The translations under genes and the position numbers were made by a program. The notes beneath the pieces were generated by a model that did not search any database, was not told where the DNA came from, and saw only the letters and a program-made list of their open reading frames with translations. From positions 75,766,001 to 75,830,000 of the forward strand of contig NC_087437.1 of assembly GCF_036321535.1 (NCBI RefSeq): a stretch of 64,000 bases of DNA. Direction: 5' to 3'. This document shows, piece after piece, positions 12,811 to 25,135 of this stretch (its first letter is position 1; the number at the start of each line of letters is the position of its first letter). The DNA is from Camelus dromedarius (Eukaryota).

Positions 12811-13634
12811 CCCACTGTCAGCTGGTCTGTAAAGGGGGCTGGGAAGGGAACCTTTCCTTGCTCTTTCCCTGGGGAAAGCAAGGCGCCCTTCCAACACAAC
12901 CCTTCCCTGATCTCCCAGCACAGATGCCACATGCGCACACACACACCATAAGGCTGTAAGCTGGCCAGCTCCTCCCAGCCTCCACTGGTGTCACCCTCAT
13001 CTAGCAGATGGGGCAGTGCAGGGAGAGGAGCCAGCTTATGTCTCCATGCTGTGGGCCTGCTGCCTGTGGGATGGCCACTGCCAGCTACTGCCACCCAAGG
13101 CTGATCGCGAAGAGCCAGGTGCTGGCATCCTCAGCAGGCGTGGACAAGGACGGGTCAGAAATTCTCCCAGTTTTCTGCATAGAGCTGCACAGTGCTTCCT
13201 GTTTCCCTGCAGGGAGGGCATTGGGAAGGTGGGAAATGCTTATCCCCAACTCTGAAATGGAACTGAGACCATTCTGCTAGGATGCAGAGAAGAAAGATGA
13301 GGACTATCATGATACATGGCGGGCTTGTAAACCTTCTAGCGAAAGACCAACCCTGCAGCATTGGTGTTGGTGGGGCAAAAGCACAGCCCTGGACGTGGAC
13401 CCCAGGTGGCCTCTCTTCAGTCAAAACCACCTACTTGGGCCCTGTTTGATAAGTGCCTACTTGTCCTAGGTCCTTAGACAATACACAGTTTCCCCAGCAT
13501 CGCTGGCTAAGGCCACGTGAGCCACAGAGGAGCATGTCTGCTGAGTTTGGGTCAGATCTGGAGAAAATCCTGAGAAACTTCCGAGGCTTCTGTGTATGAA
13601 ATTCCAAGTCATTGTGGAAGCAGCCATTTCACCT

Positions 13635-13966
13635 TTTAAGGACTGAACGTTTCTCCCCGAAATTTGTATGTTGAAGCCTTAATCCTATTGTGATGGTATT
13701 TGGAGGTGGGGCCTTTGGGAGGTGACAAGGGTTAATTAGGTATGAGGGTGGGGCCCTTATGATGAAATTAATGCCCTTATAAAAAGAAGAAGGTGGCTGC
13801 CTCTGCAAACCAGGAAGCAGGCTCTGACCTGACATCAAATCTGGCTAATCTGGCGGCACCTTGATCTTGGACTTCCCAGGTTCCAGAACTGTAAGAGCTA
13901 GATGTTTGTTGTTTAAGCCACCCAGTCGGTGGTATTTTGTTTTGGTAGCCAGAGCCAACTAAAATA
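13635..13966 (+). mobile_element. MaLR solo LTR (MLT1A-like)
   Basis: ggactgaacgttt..tatgttgaagcc..gtgatggtatttggaggtggggcctttgggaggtga..caccttgatcttggacttccca..ccagaactgtaaga..tttaagccacccagt. Confidence 0.85.
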
Positions 13967-14224
13967 TCCCCCAAATTCAATTCCTCAGCTATGAATTCTC
14001 CAAATGACCGCTTTGCAGAATGACCCATTAACTGTGGGTACCAGTCAGAAGGTTGGGCTAAAATTTTCCAACTGGAGTAAGTAGGCACCTGACCATTTTC
14101 CTGTGTTCCAGAAAAAATGGTAAGAACTTGAGTTTAGATGTTCTGATATTGCAATTGGTGCTTTTATGTGTGTCGTTACTCCATTTAAATCTCAGAACAC
14201 TCAGCAGTAGTTTCTTCAGACCTA

Positions 14225-14340
14225 GTTTATTCATGAGGCATGTGAGGCTCAGAGAGGGCAAGGAAAACAATCAAGGTCACCCAGTTGGTAACTGAGGCAG
14301 CCAGGATTCAACCCAGTTCCTGCTGTCTCAAAGCCCTAGG
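14225..14340 (-). mobile_element. MIR SINE fragment
   Basis: tgaggctcagagagggcaag..caaggtcacccag..ggcagccaggattcaacccag. Confidence 0.7.
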
Positions 14341-15037
14341 TCTGTTCTCTGTGTTCAGCTGTGCCTGGGCGAGGCTGTGCTGCAGGAACATTATTCGGTC
14401 TCAGACTGTTGAATTCACCTTGAATCCTTGGAAGTATTTTAAAGCAGCTGCAAACATGGTTTCTAAAGAGTGTACCCATAGTTCTTGTGTCAATATCTTC
14501 TTCCAGGTGACTGAGACACGTCTGATAAGACCAGATTAACCCATTTCAACTTGATGGCTGAATTCCAACACAGTGGGAAAAAAAAAAAAAAAGGAAGAAA
14601 GAAAGAGAGAAATACATAAAGGACAAGAACCACAGTTACACTGAACACAATAATATTTTTTTCTTAGGAAACCTTCAGGTTTTACAACTTTAGAGCCAAA
14701 AGAAAAGAAGAATCACTGTTCTTCCTTGATTCTGTTTGCATGGTCTGAAATCCGGGCTTCATCTTAGAATAAATGTGTAATTTTAAGGTGGCCCTCTTTC
14801 TCTTCTCCTCCCCGCCCTAAGTGGGCTTTGACCTTCAAGTAAGGAGACATGAAAAGCTGCAATTAAAATAACTGTGTGTCTTTAAAATCAATGGCATCTT
14901 AGAAATAGAAAATACAGAGTGATGATAAGTCTGACCAGAAGAACACTAATTTGTTTCTATATCCCCAACACCTAGCAAGCAGTATGATTTCAATATATTT
15001 GCTAAAAGGACAAAGGCCCCAATAAAACAGAAACTGA

Positions 15038-15690
15038 TTTTTTCATTAAGGAAAATTTCAAATGTATACCAAAGCACAGAGTGTATTATAACAAACTCCT
15101 ATTACCTTTCAGTATTTTCAACTCAGGCCGATCTTGTTTCCTCCTCCATCCTCTCCCTGACCCAGATCATTCTGAAGCAAATCTCAGACGTCAGAGCACG
15201 TCACTGACAAATTTTTCTGTACATATTTGTAAAAGACAAAGACGGCCCTTTCAAAAAACAATGATGAGGGCATCCTCACACCTCCCTAAAATCAGTACTA
15301 ACAATTCCTGAATATCATTAGATATCCATTTAGTATTTACATTTCCCTGATTATCCTAGAGATGGTCCCTCTCTCCTGGGTTTTTTTTTGTTTGTTTTTT
15401 TTTTTTGTCGTCGTTTATTTGCCTCAGGATCCAAACAAGGCTCACACTCTTTTTCTCTGTTGGTTGTGTTGTTTCTGTTTTAGGTTTGACTCCGTGGATG
15501 GAATCCCCGTGACATCATTTAATATGCTTCCTTTTCTCCTCTATTTCCTGTCGGGTGGTACTCAGAGCTGGAGGTTTATGCAGACTTAGTTTGGGGTGTG
15601 GGGTACTCCATCTGGAGGTACGTAATGCGCAGGTGTCTCGGTCCTTGGATGTCGTGAGCTCTGATGACGCTTGCTTAGTTCATAACTAGC
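15038..15690 (-). mobile_element. Old L1 (L1MC-like) 3' region
   Basis: ggaaaatttcaaatgtataccaaag..atcttgtttc..tctgaagcaaatctcagac..caggatccaaacaaggctcacac resembles L1MC4/5 3' UTR. Confidence 0.6.
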
Positions 15691-16489
15691 ACTTTGAAAT
15701 GACTGCCCCATTTACTAAAACTACCCCAAAAATAAACACAAGACGTCAAGAATCTGAGATGCTGGATATGCTCCCTATCAGTCGTAGGTCCTGCTGGCTA
15801 CAAGGTAGAGCGATTTCCCTGGGTTGGACCAGAGAACAGTAACTCCAGCACAGTGAGAGCTGTGCACCCGGGCATCCTTCCCTCAATCAAAACGGCATTA
15901 TGTAAACTTGTGTTTTCATTAAAAAGAGAGAGAGAGAGAGAGGAAATAGGGACTGCAGGAGTCGCTATAACAAAATCATTACCATAGTTGTACGTGTGCT
16001 GCTGGAACACTTAAATGCACAATAAAAATGCAGCATGAGATTCCATCTAGCGCTTGCTCAAGCGTCACGCGTTCGGCATCAGCAGTGCAGCGCTTCTTAC
16101 CGTTTCCAGCGCTTTGAACAGCTCTTCCTCTGCCTGCACGAGCTACCTCTGCACGGGTCGTAAGAGTCTGTACCTGTCCCCTGGTTAATCAATCATGTTG
16201 TGTCCCATTTGCAGTATGAAAACTCTGTGTACACAGAGAGCAATAAGGGAAGGGGGATCTCACAGGCTCCCAGGGAAAGAGCCCGGTGGTATATAAGCAG
16301 ACCTCCTGGAGACCTTAACTGGGTCTGAGGCAGCGGCAGGGACCAGAGCAGCCACTGTCAACGTGTCTCTGTGTGTTCGGTTCCTTTTGGCTCTGTCCAC
16401 AACTCTCCCCAGGGTAGACTCGCTTCATTATGCTTTACCCTGCATATCTCTGTGGGTGAAACAGGCATTAGAATGCCCAACACATTCAG

Positions 16490-16593
16490 CAAACGCTTTC
16501 AAACCTTTTTGGCCACGGTTTAATACATTTTCATCACAGCCAACTACACACAAACATGCAGGTGTGTAGGTGAATGTGTATGCTGTGCTATAG

Positions 16594-16626
<33 letters not shown>

Positions 16627-16790
16627 CATTCAAACTAAACTTTCACTCACTGTCATCCTTACTTTGCATAACACATTCTGATATTTTCTTGTCTATTCCA
16701 TTCCTTTATTAAAAAATACTGGTTATAAAGCATGGAATTTATTTCAAAACCCATTGATGGGTCATACCTTTCATCTTGAAAACCATACCT
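16490..16790. mobile_element. Possible hAT-Charlie DNA transposon remnant
   Basis: atttatttcaaaacccattgatgggtcatacc..ttgaaaaccatac resembles a Charlie-type terminus; strongly diverged. Confidence 0.35.
16596..16624. repeat. (CA)n microsatellite
   Basis: About 14 perfect AC units. Confidence 0.95.
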
Positions 16791-18322
16791 TCCAGTAAAG
16801 GTAGAGCTCAAAGGCATGAAAGTACAGTTCTTGGAAACTGGACTGACTCCAAATGCACCAGTTAAGACTCTTAAGAGACAGAGTTTCATTCATTACACTG
16901 TGAATTAGACCAGAAGTCAGAGCCTGTTTATATTTGTCACATAATAGGACATTACTAGTTCCATCTTAGGTGACCAGACAGCCCTTTGGCTGTAATTTGT
17001 GATTGAGTTAATCTGGAGAGTAAATTTATCAGGGAGAGAGAAGCCAACCAGCCCTGGAAGCTGTCCGCAAGCCCGGCCTCTCCTATTGTTGCTGTGAGGG
17101 ATCTGCACTTCCAAACAATAATCATCCATCACATGAACCCAATTCTATTTTTCTAGCTGAACAGGGCTCACCGTGCTCTCTGAAGCCACAAAGGGGAGAA
17201 ATGTTTCCTCCAACCTTCCCGCATGATGAATTCTTCCACCTCTACATAAAGCCCTGCTTACAGGCCTTGTCTTGTTGGCTTTTTGAATGTCCCAGCTATG
17301 ACAAAAGAACTGGTTTGAAGAATGATAATGTTGTTGCCACGGCCAACTCATATTGCCTTACATTTTTCACCTCTTTCCTTACAGAGAGCTCTAAGCTGTA
17401 AAGGGGGGGGGGGAAGGTGAGAGGAAAGGAAAACCCACATAGCATCAATAAATTTACTCTTGAGATTAAGTCACTTTCTTAGATGGTGTTTTCACAACAT
17501 CAATTTTTTATGCATTCTGCTTAGATTTTCAGATATTTGGGCAGAAATCAAATTTCCCTCCAGCTTTTATTCAGCACCACCTCCTAACACACAAACGTGC
17601 AAACGCACGCATGCACACACGCACATGTGGAGAGTGATTTCTATGTAAGAGTGAATTTCCCATTTCCTAGGAGCTCTTTCTCCAGAATACGATCAACTTA
17701 GAGGTGCCAGTGTATGAGCTTAATAATATTTTTGCTAACTAGCAAGGAGGAAATAACCCACGATTCATGAAAAACCTGAAAAGATTATTCTGATGTTTGT
17801 TTATCTTGAACTAAATTTGCAGGGAAATAAAATCACTCTGGCAGCTAAAACTGCACACTCACATTCTTTTGTATGAATTAATTATACTTAACTGCTCTGT
17901 AATGTCCTGATTAATTATTTCCTGTTCCAGTCGGTTGATTGTGCATTTTTGAAACAAAACTTGCATCGTGATGAGAATCTCGGACCTACTTCTCATCTTG
18001 CTCGGGGCTCCTATAGAGCTGATCTAAACAGCTAGCTTCAAAGGAAGCTGGCATCTTCATCAGCACCCTAGGAGGGCTGTGTCACAGCACAGGCAGTGAC
18101 AGTGCAGCTGTATTTTGGGCCCAGGGCACGGAATCAACGTTTACGTGTGGGCAGCAATGAGCTGGAGCTTTGAATACTGCACTATTTGAGAAGCGTAATC
18201 CTCACCCTGCACAAGCAGAGTGCCTACTGTCCCACCAGCAGGCTCTCCGATGTGTCCCGAGGGATGGGGATGTAGACAGGAGGATGGACGTGGCCAGATA
18301 GGTTCCACAGACAGAAGTTGAG

Positions 18323-18829
18323 TGTATCAGTTTCTTACTACTGCTGTAACAAATTACCACAAACTTACAAACTTGTCGGTATAAAAACAATACAGACTTA
18401 TTATCTTAGAGTTCTATATTTCAGAACTCCTAAAATAGAGATGTCAGTCAGGCTGTGTTTCTTCTAAGTGCTCCAGGGCACAATCGGTTGCCTTGCCTTT
18501 TCCAGCTCCTAGAGGCTGCCACACTCCTTTGCATCTCCATCTTCAAAGTGTCTCCTCCATCTTCAAAGCCAGCAGAGTAGTGTCTTCGAATCTCTCTCTT
18601 TCTCTGACCTCTTGCTTCCATCATTGCATCTCTTTCCCTCACTTTCCTACTTCACTGTGTTTCTTATAAGGACTGTTGTGACTATATTAGGTTCAGATAA
18701 TCCACAACAATGTCCCCATCTCAAGATTCTTAACCCTGTCGGTCCCTTGGCCAAGTAATGTACATATTCATATATGTGCCAGGGATTAGGACCTGGACAT
18801 CTTTGGGGGGCCATTATTCTGCCTTCACA
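18323..18829 (-). mobile_element. MaLR solo LTR (MLT1C/D-like)
   Basis: tgtatcagtttc..ctgctgtaacaaattaccacaaactt..ccttgccttttccagctcctagaggctgcc..ggattaggacctggacatctttggggggccattattctgcc. Confidence 0.85.
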
Positions 18830-19507
18830 TGAAGTGTGCAGACTGAGAAAAAGCCAGTGGAGGTCAGGGCCGAGCCATTCCAGTGGCAGGGCAGTGTTTT
18901 GCTAGGCCGGCCCCAGGCACCAGCAGTGGGGTGGAGCAGAAGTCAGGAGGGGTGAGTTCTACTCCTGGTGAGATGCCTTAAATTATGTCCCAAAGCCACC
19001 CTGCTTTTTACCTGCTTAAATGTTGATTTGCATTCAGTTTGCCCTAAAACCAAACATGTACTACAATGACCCAAGACACCAAATTAGCTTGTACATATGG
19101 ACTGAAGACAACAGAAAGGTGACACCGAGAGCCCAAACAATGGGAGTGCTCCAGAGTGAAATGACTAGTTGGTTTCATTAAGGGATGCAGTCAGCAGGTT
19201 AACCCCAAGCTGCAGTTAGCATTCACGCATTTAAAGAAAGAGTGTTAGAATCAGGAAAGTTAATAAGCTTTGAAACAGAAAGCGGCAAAGAGGTCAGGGT
19301 GGGCCGAGCCCTCACCTCGTCTCTTTCCCCTGACAAACCCCCTGAGCCTGTCCCCAACAAGAGATGGGCACATCAGACACAGAGCCTGAGGTCCTGAAGT
19401 CCTCAGGCCATGCCACTAACTGCTCTTTCCTCTGATTGCAGGCTCACCATGAAACCCTGGGATAACTGAGCGTCCCAGGGAGCCCCCCACGCAGGGAGAG
19501 GACGAGT

Positions 19508-19758
19508 TGTCAATCTCTGGTGCGCTTGACAGATCGACTCTGTTTCTCATAGAAAATTAACAAACCGGCATGCAGGCTTGCATATATTAATGCCTCGAGA
19601 GTTTAGTTAGCATGAGTCAGCACCTCAAGGCTGTCAATCTCTGGTCTGCATGACAGAGATCTACTCCAACGTCTCATGAAAATTAGCAAACAACTATGCT
19701 GATTTATATTTATTAATGCCTTATGAGCTTTTTTTAGCATGAGTCAGTATCTAAACGC
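19508..19758. repeat. Diverged tandem duplication, two units of about 124-127 bp
   Basis: tgtcaatctctggt at 19508 and 19632; ttagcatgagtcag ending at 19620 and 19747; tctcat..aaaatta.caaac and tattaatgcct are shared in register. Confidence 0.9.
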
Positions 19759-20039
19759 AGATCAGATCAGGGGTCCCTGCCACCACCTGCTCCTCTCCCA
19801 CCACCACATTTCCCAACCCTTATTCTGGGCCATTTCCTTGCACATCTCCAAGGGGCCCATTCATACAGAGCACAGTGTGAGAGATGCCCTTGGAGTTGGG
19901 CAGCCCTGCAGTGCTGCCCTGAGTCACCCCCAAGCATCCCTCAGGGCTGCGCTTAAATGCTGCTTCTTTTAAATCCTCCCGTAACCCCTCAGGGCTCTTC
20001 AGGCTTCCCTGTTTTATATTTGAGGAAACCTGCACTTTC

Positions 20040-20186
20040 CTTTCTTGCACTTCTCACCCTCATTTGGCATCTTATCTTCCCCACCACGAAGGGTGGGTTT
20101 ACTCACTCTTAGATGCCAAGTGCCTAGCGCAGTGCCTGGCACAAAGTAGGAACTCAGTAAATATTTGTGGAACAAATAAATAAATA
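20040..20186 (+). mobile_element. L2 3' end
   Basis: gtgcctagcgcagtgcctggcacaaagtaggaactcagtaaatatttgtggaacaaataaataa. Confidence 0.75.
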
Positions 20187-22011
20187 GATTCTGTCCTGAT
20201 CTCCCCCACACCTCTTTTCATCCACTAGAGAGTGGGAAACGGATGCTAATACACCAAGAGATTCAAGAGTAGATATTATAAATTAAGGGAAAGGTCACAT
20301 TCAAGATAAGACAGAGAATGCCTTTGTGGAGGTAACCGGAGGCTGTCTTCCCAGGAGCAGTGAAGAGACAGCCCATTAGGACAGGCTGTGACAGGACAGT
20401 GCTGCAGCAGTGACAGGGCAGCAGTGAGGCGTCTCTAACAAAAGGCCAGACATTTATTTCGATTTGAATGTCCTGACATGACCACGACTCAACACGTCCC
20501 AGAGCAAGCTCAGTCTTTTTAATCTCGATGACTCCCAAGGGTTCTTATCTCTGAGTATTTCCCAGGATCTTAACTTTGGAGTTAAGATTCCTCTCTCTTT
20601 ATAGTTCACACCAATTAATAAATCAAGAACTTACATGGGTTCCTAGTGTTACAAGTGCTTGAATTCTAAGTCCCACTGTGGCAGCCACCTGGGCAGCTGC
20701 GGAAGCATCTCAAGTTGCCGTCCAGTTTCTGGTCTCTCACCTCGTCTTACCTGTACTCTGTCTCAAACACTTTTCTTAAAAAACAAATACCGCTTTTATA
20801 CTTCAACCCCTCAGTCTTGTGAATTCCTAGGTGGCTCTATGACACCACGCTGCTGGCAGAGCGGCCTTTGAGTCCCGGCGCACCTGCCCTGTTGTGGCCG
20901 TCCTAACCTCAGGCTGTTCCGCAGCCCATCCCTGACCCTCTTCATTATCCGCAGCCGTCTCTCCTCCTCCCCTCGGGCCGGCCAGTCCTACGAGTCTCCC
21001 TCCAGAAGCCCGCACGCCTCCTGCCCCCAGACTTTGGTTCAGGCGGGACTATCTCCCCTTCTCTTTCTCCTCTTTGACCCCATCTATCCTTCACAGCACA
21101 GCTGAAGCCCCAAGGCCTTCATAAAAAAATTCCGTCAATTATTTCAGCTCACATAAAGAGACGCACAGAGCAGACAGGGTGTTGGAATGACTTAGACTTC
21201 ATAGTGCAGTCCCTATTGAAAGCTCAGGAAATGGAGGCCCAGGGAGCCCAACCGGATCCCTTTCTGAAGTCCACACGCTTCTTCACCGTCCCCCGTGGCA
21301 CTCACTCATCAGCCCGCCTGTGTTCTCACTGCTTCCTTTTTTCCCTGTCGGGCGGGCTGGCTCCAGCAGGACCAGGGAATCTACTGGGCGGGCTCCTTAG
21401 GTCAATGCTCAGTCCATGAGGCATTTAAAAGCTTCTCAGTAAACACTTGCATTGACAGAAACCCAGAGAAAATGGTCATGGTGAGTGTAAGGAGATGAAA
21501 GGACAGGGGAGAGCATTTGGCTATGGGTCTGTCCAATCACTGACAGGTGACAAGTGGTAGGACTCAAAGACCACTCTGCCGACAGTGTGGAGGCAAAAAA
21601 CTACCGCAGGAGTTTCAGAAAAGGGAGAGGTTGAGGTTATAAAAGGGGTATTTGGTTTTTAAGAAAAATACTTGAGACAGTATAGGTAAAACAAGATGAG
21701 AGACCAGAGACTGGATGGCAACTCAAGATACTTCTCCTCCACACTGTCTACAAAACCATTAGTGGAGTAATCAGGCATCAACAGATCATGTAACTTGCTA
21801 TGGTGGGTGTTGGGGGAGAATCCTAGGGTGTGGGGTGCACCCAGAGGAGACACTCTTGTCCATTTGGTGCTGGAATGGGGGTGGGAGCAAGAGGAAGGGG
21901 CAAAGAGAAACAAGGTAAAGGAAGGTATTTAAGGAAGGCTTCTGGAAGGAGGAGACCTTGAGCTGAACCTTGAAGAATGAGGAGTTAGCTGGGTGAGGGG
22001 GTTGGAGGAGC

Positions 22012-22564
22012 TATGGTGAGCAGCTCTTTTGCCCCTTTCCAGTTTGTATATTTCTTTTCTCCTTAAGCCTTAATTATAAAATGAGATCACCAGGTAACAC
22101 TTAACCTAACTCCTGACTTCTGCTCAATTCAATGTCACAATGCCTTGCCTAGCCTGTTGGTTCCTTTCCTGGATTAAAAGGAGTAAGAATAGAGAATCAA
22201 GTACTTAAAGAATGACTGACTCTTCACCCCCAGCTTCCACCTTGGCAAATTTGCAGGCGGACCACATGGGCAAGAAAGCATCCGAAGGAGGATCAGGGGA
22301 ATTCAGCAGGTCTGCATTCAATGGGAAAATGATGAAGAATCTGACTTCCTACCATCATGAATAACTGAGGGTGTTTCCCCTTTTTCCCTTTAAAAATTGT
22401 CATAGCTGAGAAGAATCTTCAGAGTTGGTCTCAGGACATGAGTCTGCCTTCTCCCCAGATTACCAGCTTTCTAATTAGAAGCAATTTTCCTTTCCACCAA
22501 CACTTACCTCTTGGGTATTGATCTTTGAATGGTGAGCAGCCAGACCTGAGTTCACTCAGTAACA
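22012..22564 (+). mobile_element. ERV1-class solo LTR
   Basis: TATA-like tttaaaaa, then gagttggtctcaggacatgagtctgccttctccccagatt..ccaacacttacctc..gagcagccagacctgagttc..gtaaca, a typical LTR R/U5 ending in CA. Confidence 0.7.
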
Positions 22565-22704
22565 CTGTCGTCAGGTGGCACAACACAGCAGTCACTGCTA
22601 ACAGAACCAAGGGTGTAGTAAGAAGACTGGAAGTCTAGGTAGGGGTCAGGTCTTTGAGGACTTTACACACCATATTAAGAAGTAGGGGCTTTTCTCTTAG
22701 AGCT

Positions 22705-23425
22705 GATTGTCAACTGTGGGGGAGTGGGCTGTACCAGCGCATGTCTGAGAATGTGTGTGTACATTTCTTGGTTGTCACTGTAGGGGATGAAAACTTTCCC
22801 CTTCTTCCCTTCTAGGTTCTTTGGCTGACCTAATAATTAAATTGACATAAAATGGATTAATAGGAGGAAAAATAAATTTAATTCTGTACAGATGTACATG
22901 AGCTCATAAAAATAAGACTCAAAGAAGTACTCAAAGCAGGCAGCTTTTATACTTTTTAGACAAAGAAACAATATGTTTGTGAGGAATTGACAGGACAGAG
23001 AGGTTTGGGCTTGGAATAGTAAATTAGTAAAGAAGTGAGTTTTGTTTATTAAGTCTTTTTGGCCTTAATCTCCCTATCTCTGGTGATAAGGATGTGTCTC
23101 TACCTCTTGGTACAGGAAGAGTACATTTTACATGGGAGATTTATTTCCTGTTTTCAAGGGGACAAAAGTGGGTCAGAGTGTCCTTCTTGCACTGGCTGTT
23201 TTTTAAGTAACTTTAATTCAATTAATCAATATGCCAGAATGGCATATTTTGGGGGGGGGTGTATTCTGCTCCCCCTCATCACAGTGAGGGATTCTATTAG
23301 CATATAGCAGCCCACATCCAGGGATGTTTAATGTTCTGTAGTGTGAATGGACAGTCCAGCACAATGAAGACCTTCTTGCCCCTCCCAAAATTTCAAAAGA
23401 GACCCATCCTCTTGAGAAAAACTGC
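22705..23425. mobile_element. MER3/MER20-like hAT-Charlie element split by an LTR
   Basis: ttggttgtcac joins acagtgaggg..cagggatgtttaatgttctgtagtgtgaatggacagtccagcacaatgaaga..cccaaaatttcaa..ttgagaaaaactg. Confidence 0.6.
22779..23278 (-). mobile_element. ERV1 solo LTR (MER34-like), 500 bp, TG..CA ends, 4-bp TSD TCAC
   Basis: TCAC at 22775-22778 and 23279-23282. Reverse complement starts tgagggggagcagaatacaccc..ccaaaatatgccattctggcatattgatt and ends gaacctagaaggg..cccctaca. Confidence 0.85.
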
Positions 23426-23743
23426 TGGTAATAATAGGAAACCACTGAACAGGGAAGTGACCAAATGGGAACTGCAGACATATGGTTGTGGTGCAATGGG
23501 AGAGCAAGATTCAGAAAGACAAAGTAAAGTCTTGAGAAAAATTAGGAGGACACAGTTCAAGTACAAGGAAGGTATAAAGACTTGAGCCTGCAAGGGAGGG
23601 AGGTAAGAGTAGAGGAGGGGTTTGGGAGGCAAATTCAAGAGACATTTAGGTAAAAAAATGCAGAAATTTATATTTGAGTAAGAGATTGCCTCTCTAGATT
23701 TCTAGTACAGAGGTGCCATTAACAGATATTAAGAATAAAAAGG

Positions 23744-24320
23744 CTATTTACAATAGCCAAGACATGGAAATAACCCAAATGTCCATCAGCAGATGACTGG
23801 ATAAAGAAGTCGTGGTACATATATATACAAAGGACCCCTACTTAACCATAAAAAAACGATAAAATAATGACATCTGCAGCAACATGGATGGAAATGAAGA
23901 TCATCATTCTAAGTGAAGTAAGCCAGAAAGAGAAAGAAAAATATCATATGATATCACTTATATGTGGAATCTTAAGAAAAAGATACAAAATAACTTATTT
24001 ACAAAACAGAAACAGACTCACAGACATAGAAAACAAACTTATGGTTACCAGAGGGGAAAGGGGATGGGGAGGAATAAATTGAGAGTTCAGAATTTGCAAA
24101 TACTAACTACTATATATAAAATAAACAACAAGCTTATACTGTATGGCACAGAGAACTATATTCAATATCTTGTAATAGCCTATAATGAAAAAGGATATGA
24201 AAACAAATATAAGTATGTATATGTATGACTGAAACATTATGCTGTACCCCAGAAATTGACATAACATTGCAAACTAACTTTAATTCAATAATTAATTAAT
24301 TAATTAATTAATTAATTAAG
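23744..24320 (+). mobile_element. 5'-truncated L1 (ORF2 C-terminus plus 3' UTR) with (TAAT)n tail
   Basis: ORF 23867-24082 contains AATWMEMKIIILSEVSQKEKEKYHMISLICGI, the L1 ORF2p C-terminus; homologous to the L1 copies at 55.8 and 58.2 kb. Confidence 0.9.
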
Positions 24321-25135
24321 GAGTTACCAGATCATAACTCAATTTGGTGCTTTTTGATACTGAGTTGCCTACAAGATGGCTAAGCAGAAATGCTCATTAG
24401 GCAATTAAAACCTACTGACATCCAAAGGATGGTGTGAACATTGTTAATCTCTAAGGAGAATATTTTCAAACAGACTGGCAGGAGGTGGTTTCCGTAAGTG
24501 GACAATTTGAAGCCTGGAAAATTACAACTCTCACCCTAAAAGGATTGGGTGCTTATAATTTAGTGCCATTTCACAAGAATGTGGTTCCTTTAAATAAAGG
24601 GCAAAAGAAACCCTTGACCTTCAAATGAAGGGCTCTGTTTGCACTCAGATTGGTTTACTAAGGAAGATAACTGTTCAGGTGCTCAGAGGTCTGCCTCTCA
24701 GATAACAGGGAGCTAGATTGTTCCTGTGAAAAAAACACAAAAATCAAAGCATTAGAGTGTTTAGACAACTATGACTCGAGTAAATGTTGATTCTTTGCCT
24801 GTGAAAGAAGAATCTAGCCCAAAGAATGTTGTATTTCATTTTCAAAACATTTTTCTTCCTTATGCTACCTGGAGTACTTGACACATTTCTATTATCTTAT
24901 GTTTGATTACAAAAAAAATAACGTCAGTGTTTTACTTCAGTTTAGTGCTGCTAAAATTCCGGTGCTGTTCATTTTCTTTAGCTATTTCCTGCCCATGAGA
25001 GCTCCTTAGAGTTCTAAGAGCTCGTTCTCACTTCTCAATTTGGGAGCGTTACATAAACTCCATGAAGGCAGGAACCAAATCTGTCTGTTTCACCAATGAA
25101 TCTCCAAAAGGCACACTGCCATGCAAGCACTACTA

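Larger units (their letters stand above)
21690..24460 (-). mobile_element. Fragmented L2 hosting nested younger insertions
   Basis: L2-like pieces at about 21690-22010 (aggaaggcttctggaaggaggagaccttgagctgaaccttgaagaatgag), 22565-22700, 23430-23740 and 24320-24460. Confidence 0.55.

Noticed and set aside
3415..13420. CTCF-like motifs (ctagcagagggcctc near 3420, ccagcagaggcag near 11386, ccccaggtggcctc near 13400)
   Set aside because: Each has mismatches or spacing errors in the core; cannot be supported without PWM scoring or ChIP data.
23867..24082. ORF with a recognisable peptide (AATWMEMKIIILSEVSQKEK)
   Set aside because: It is the C-terminus of L1 ORF2p in a 5'-truncated dead copy, not a host gene.
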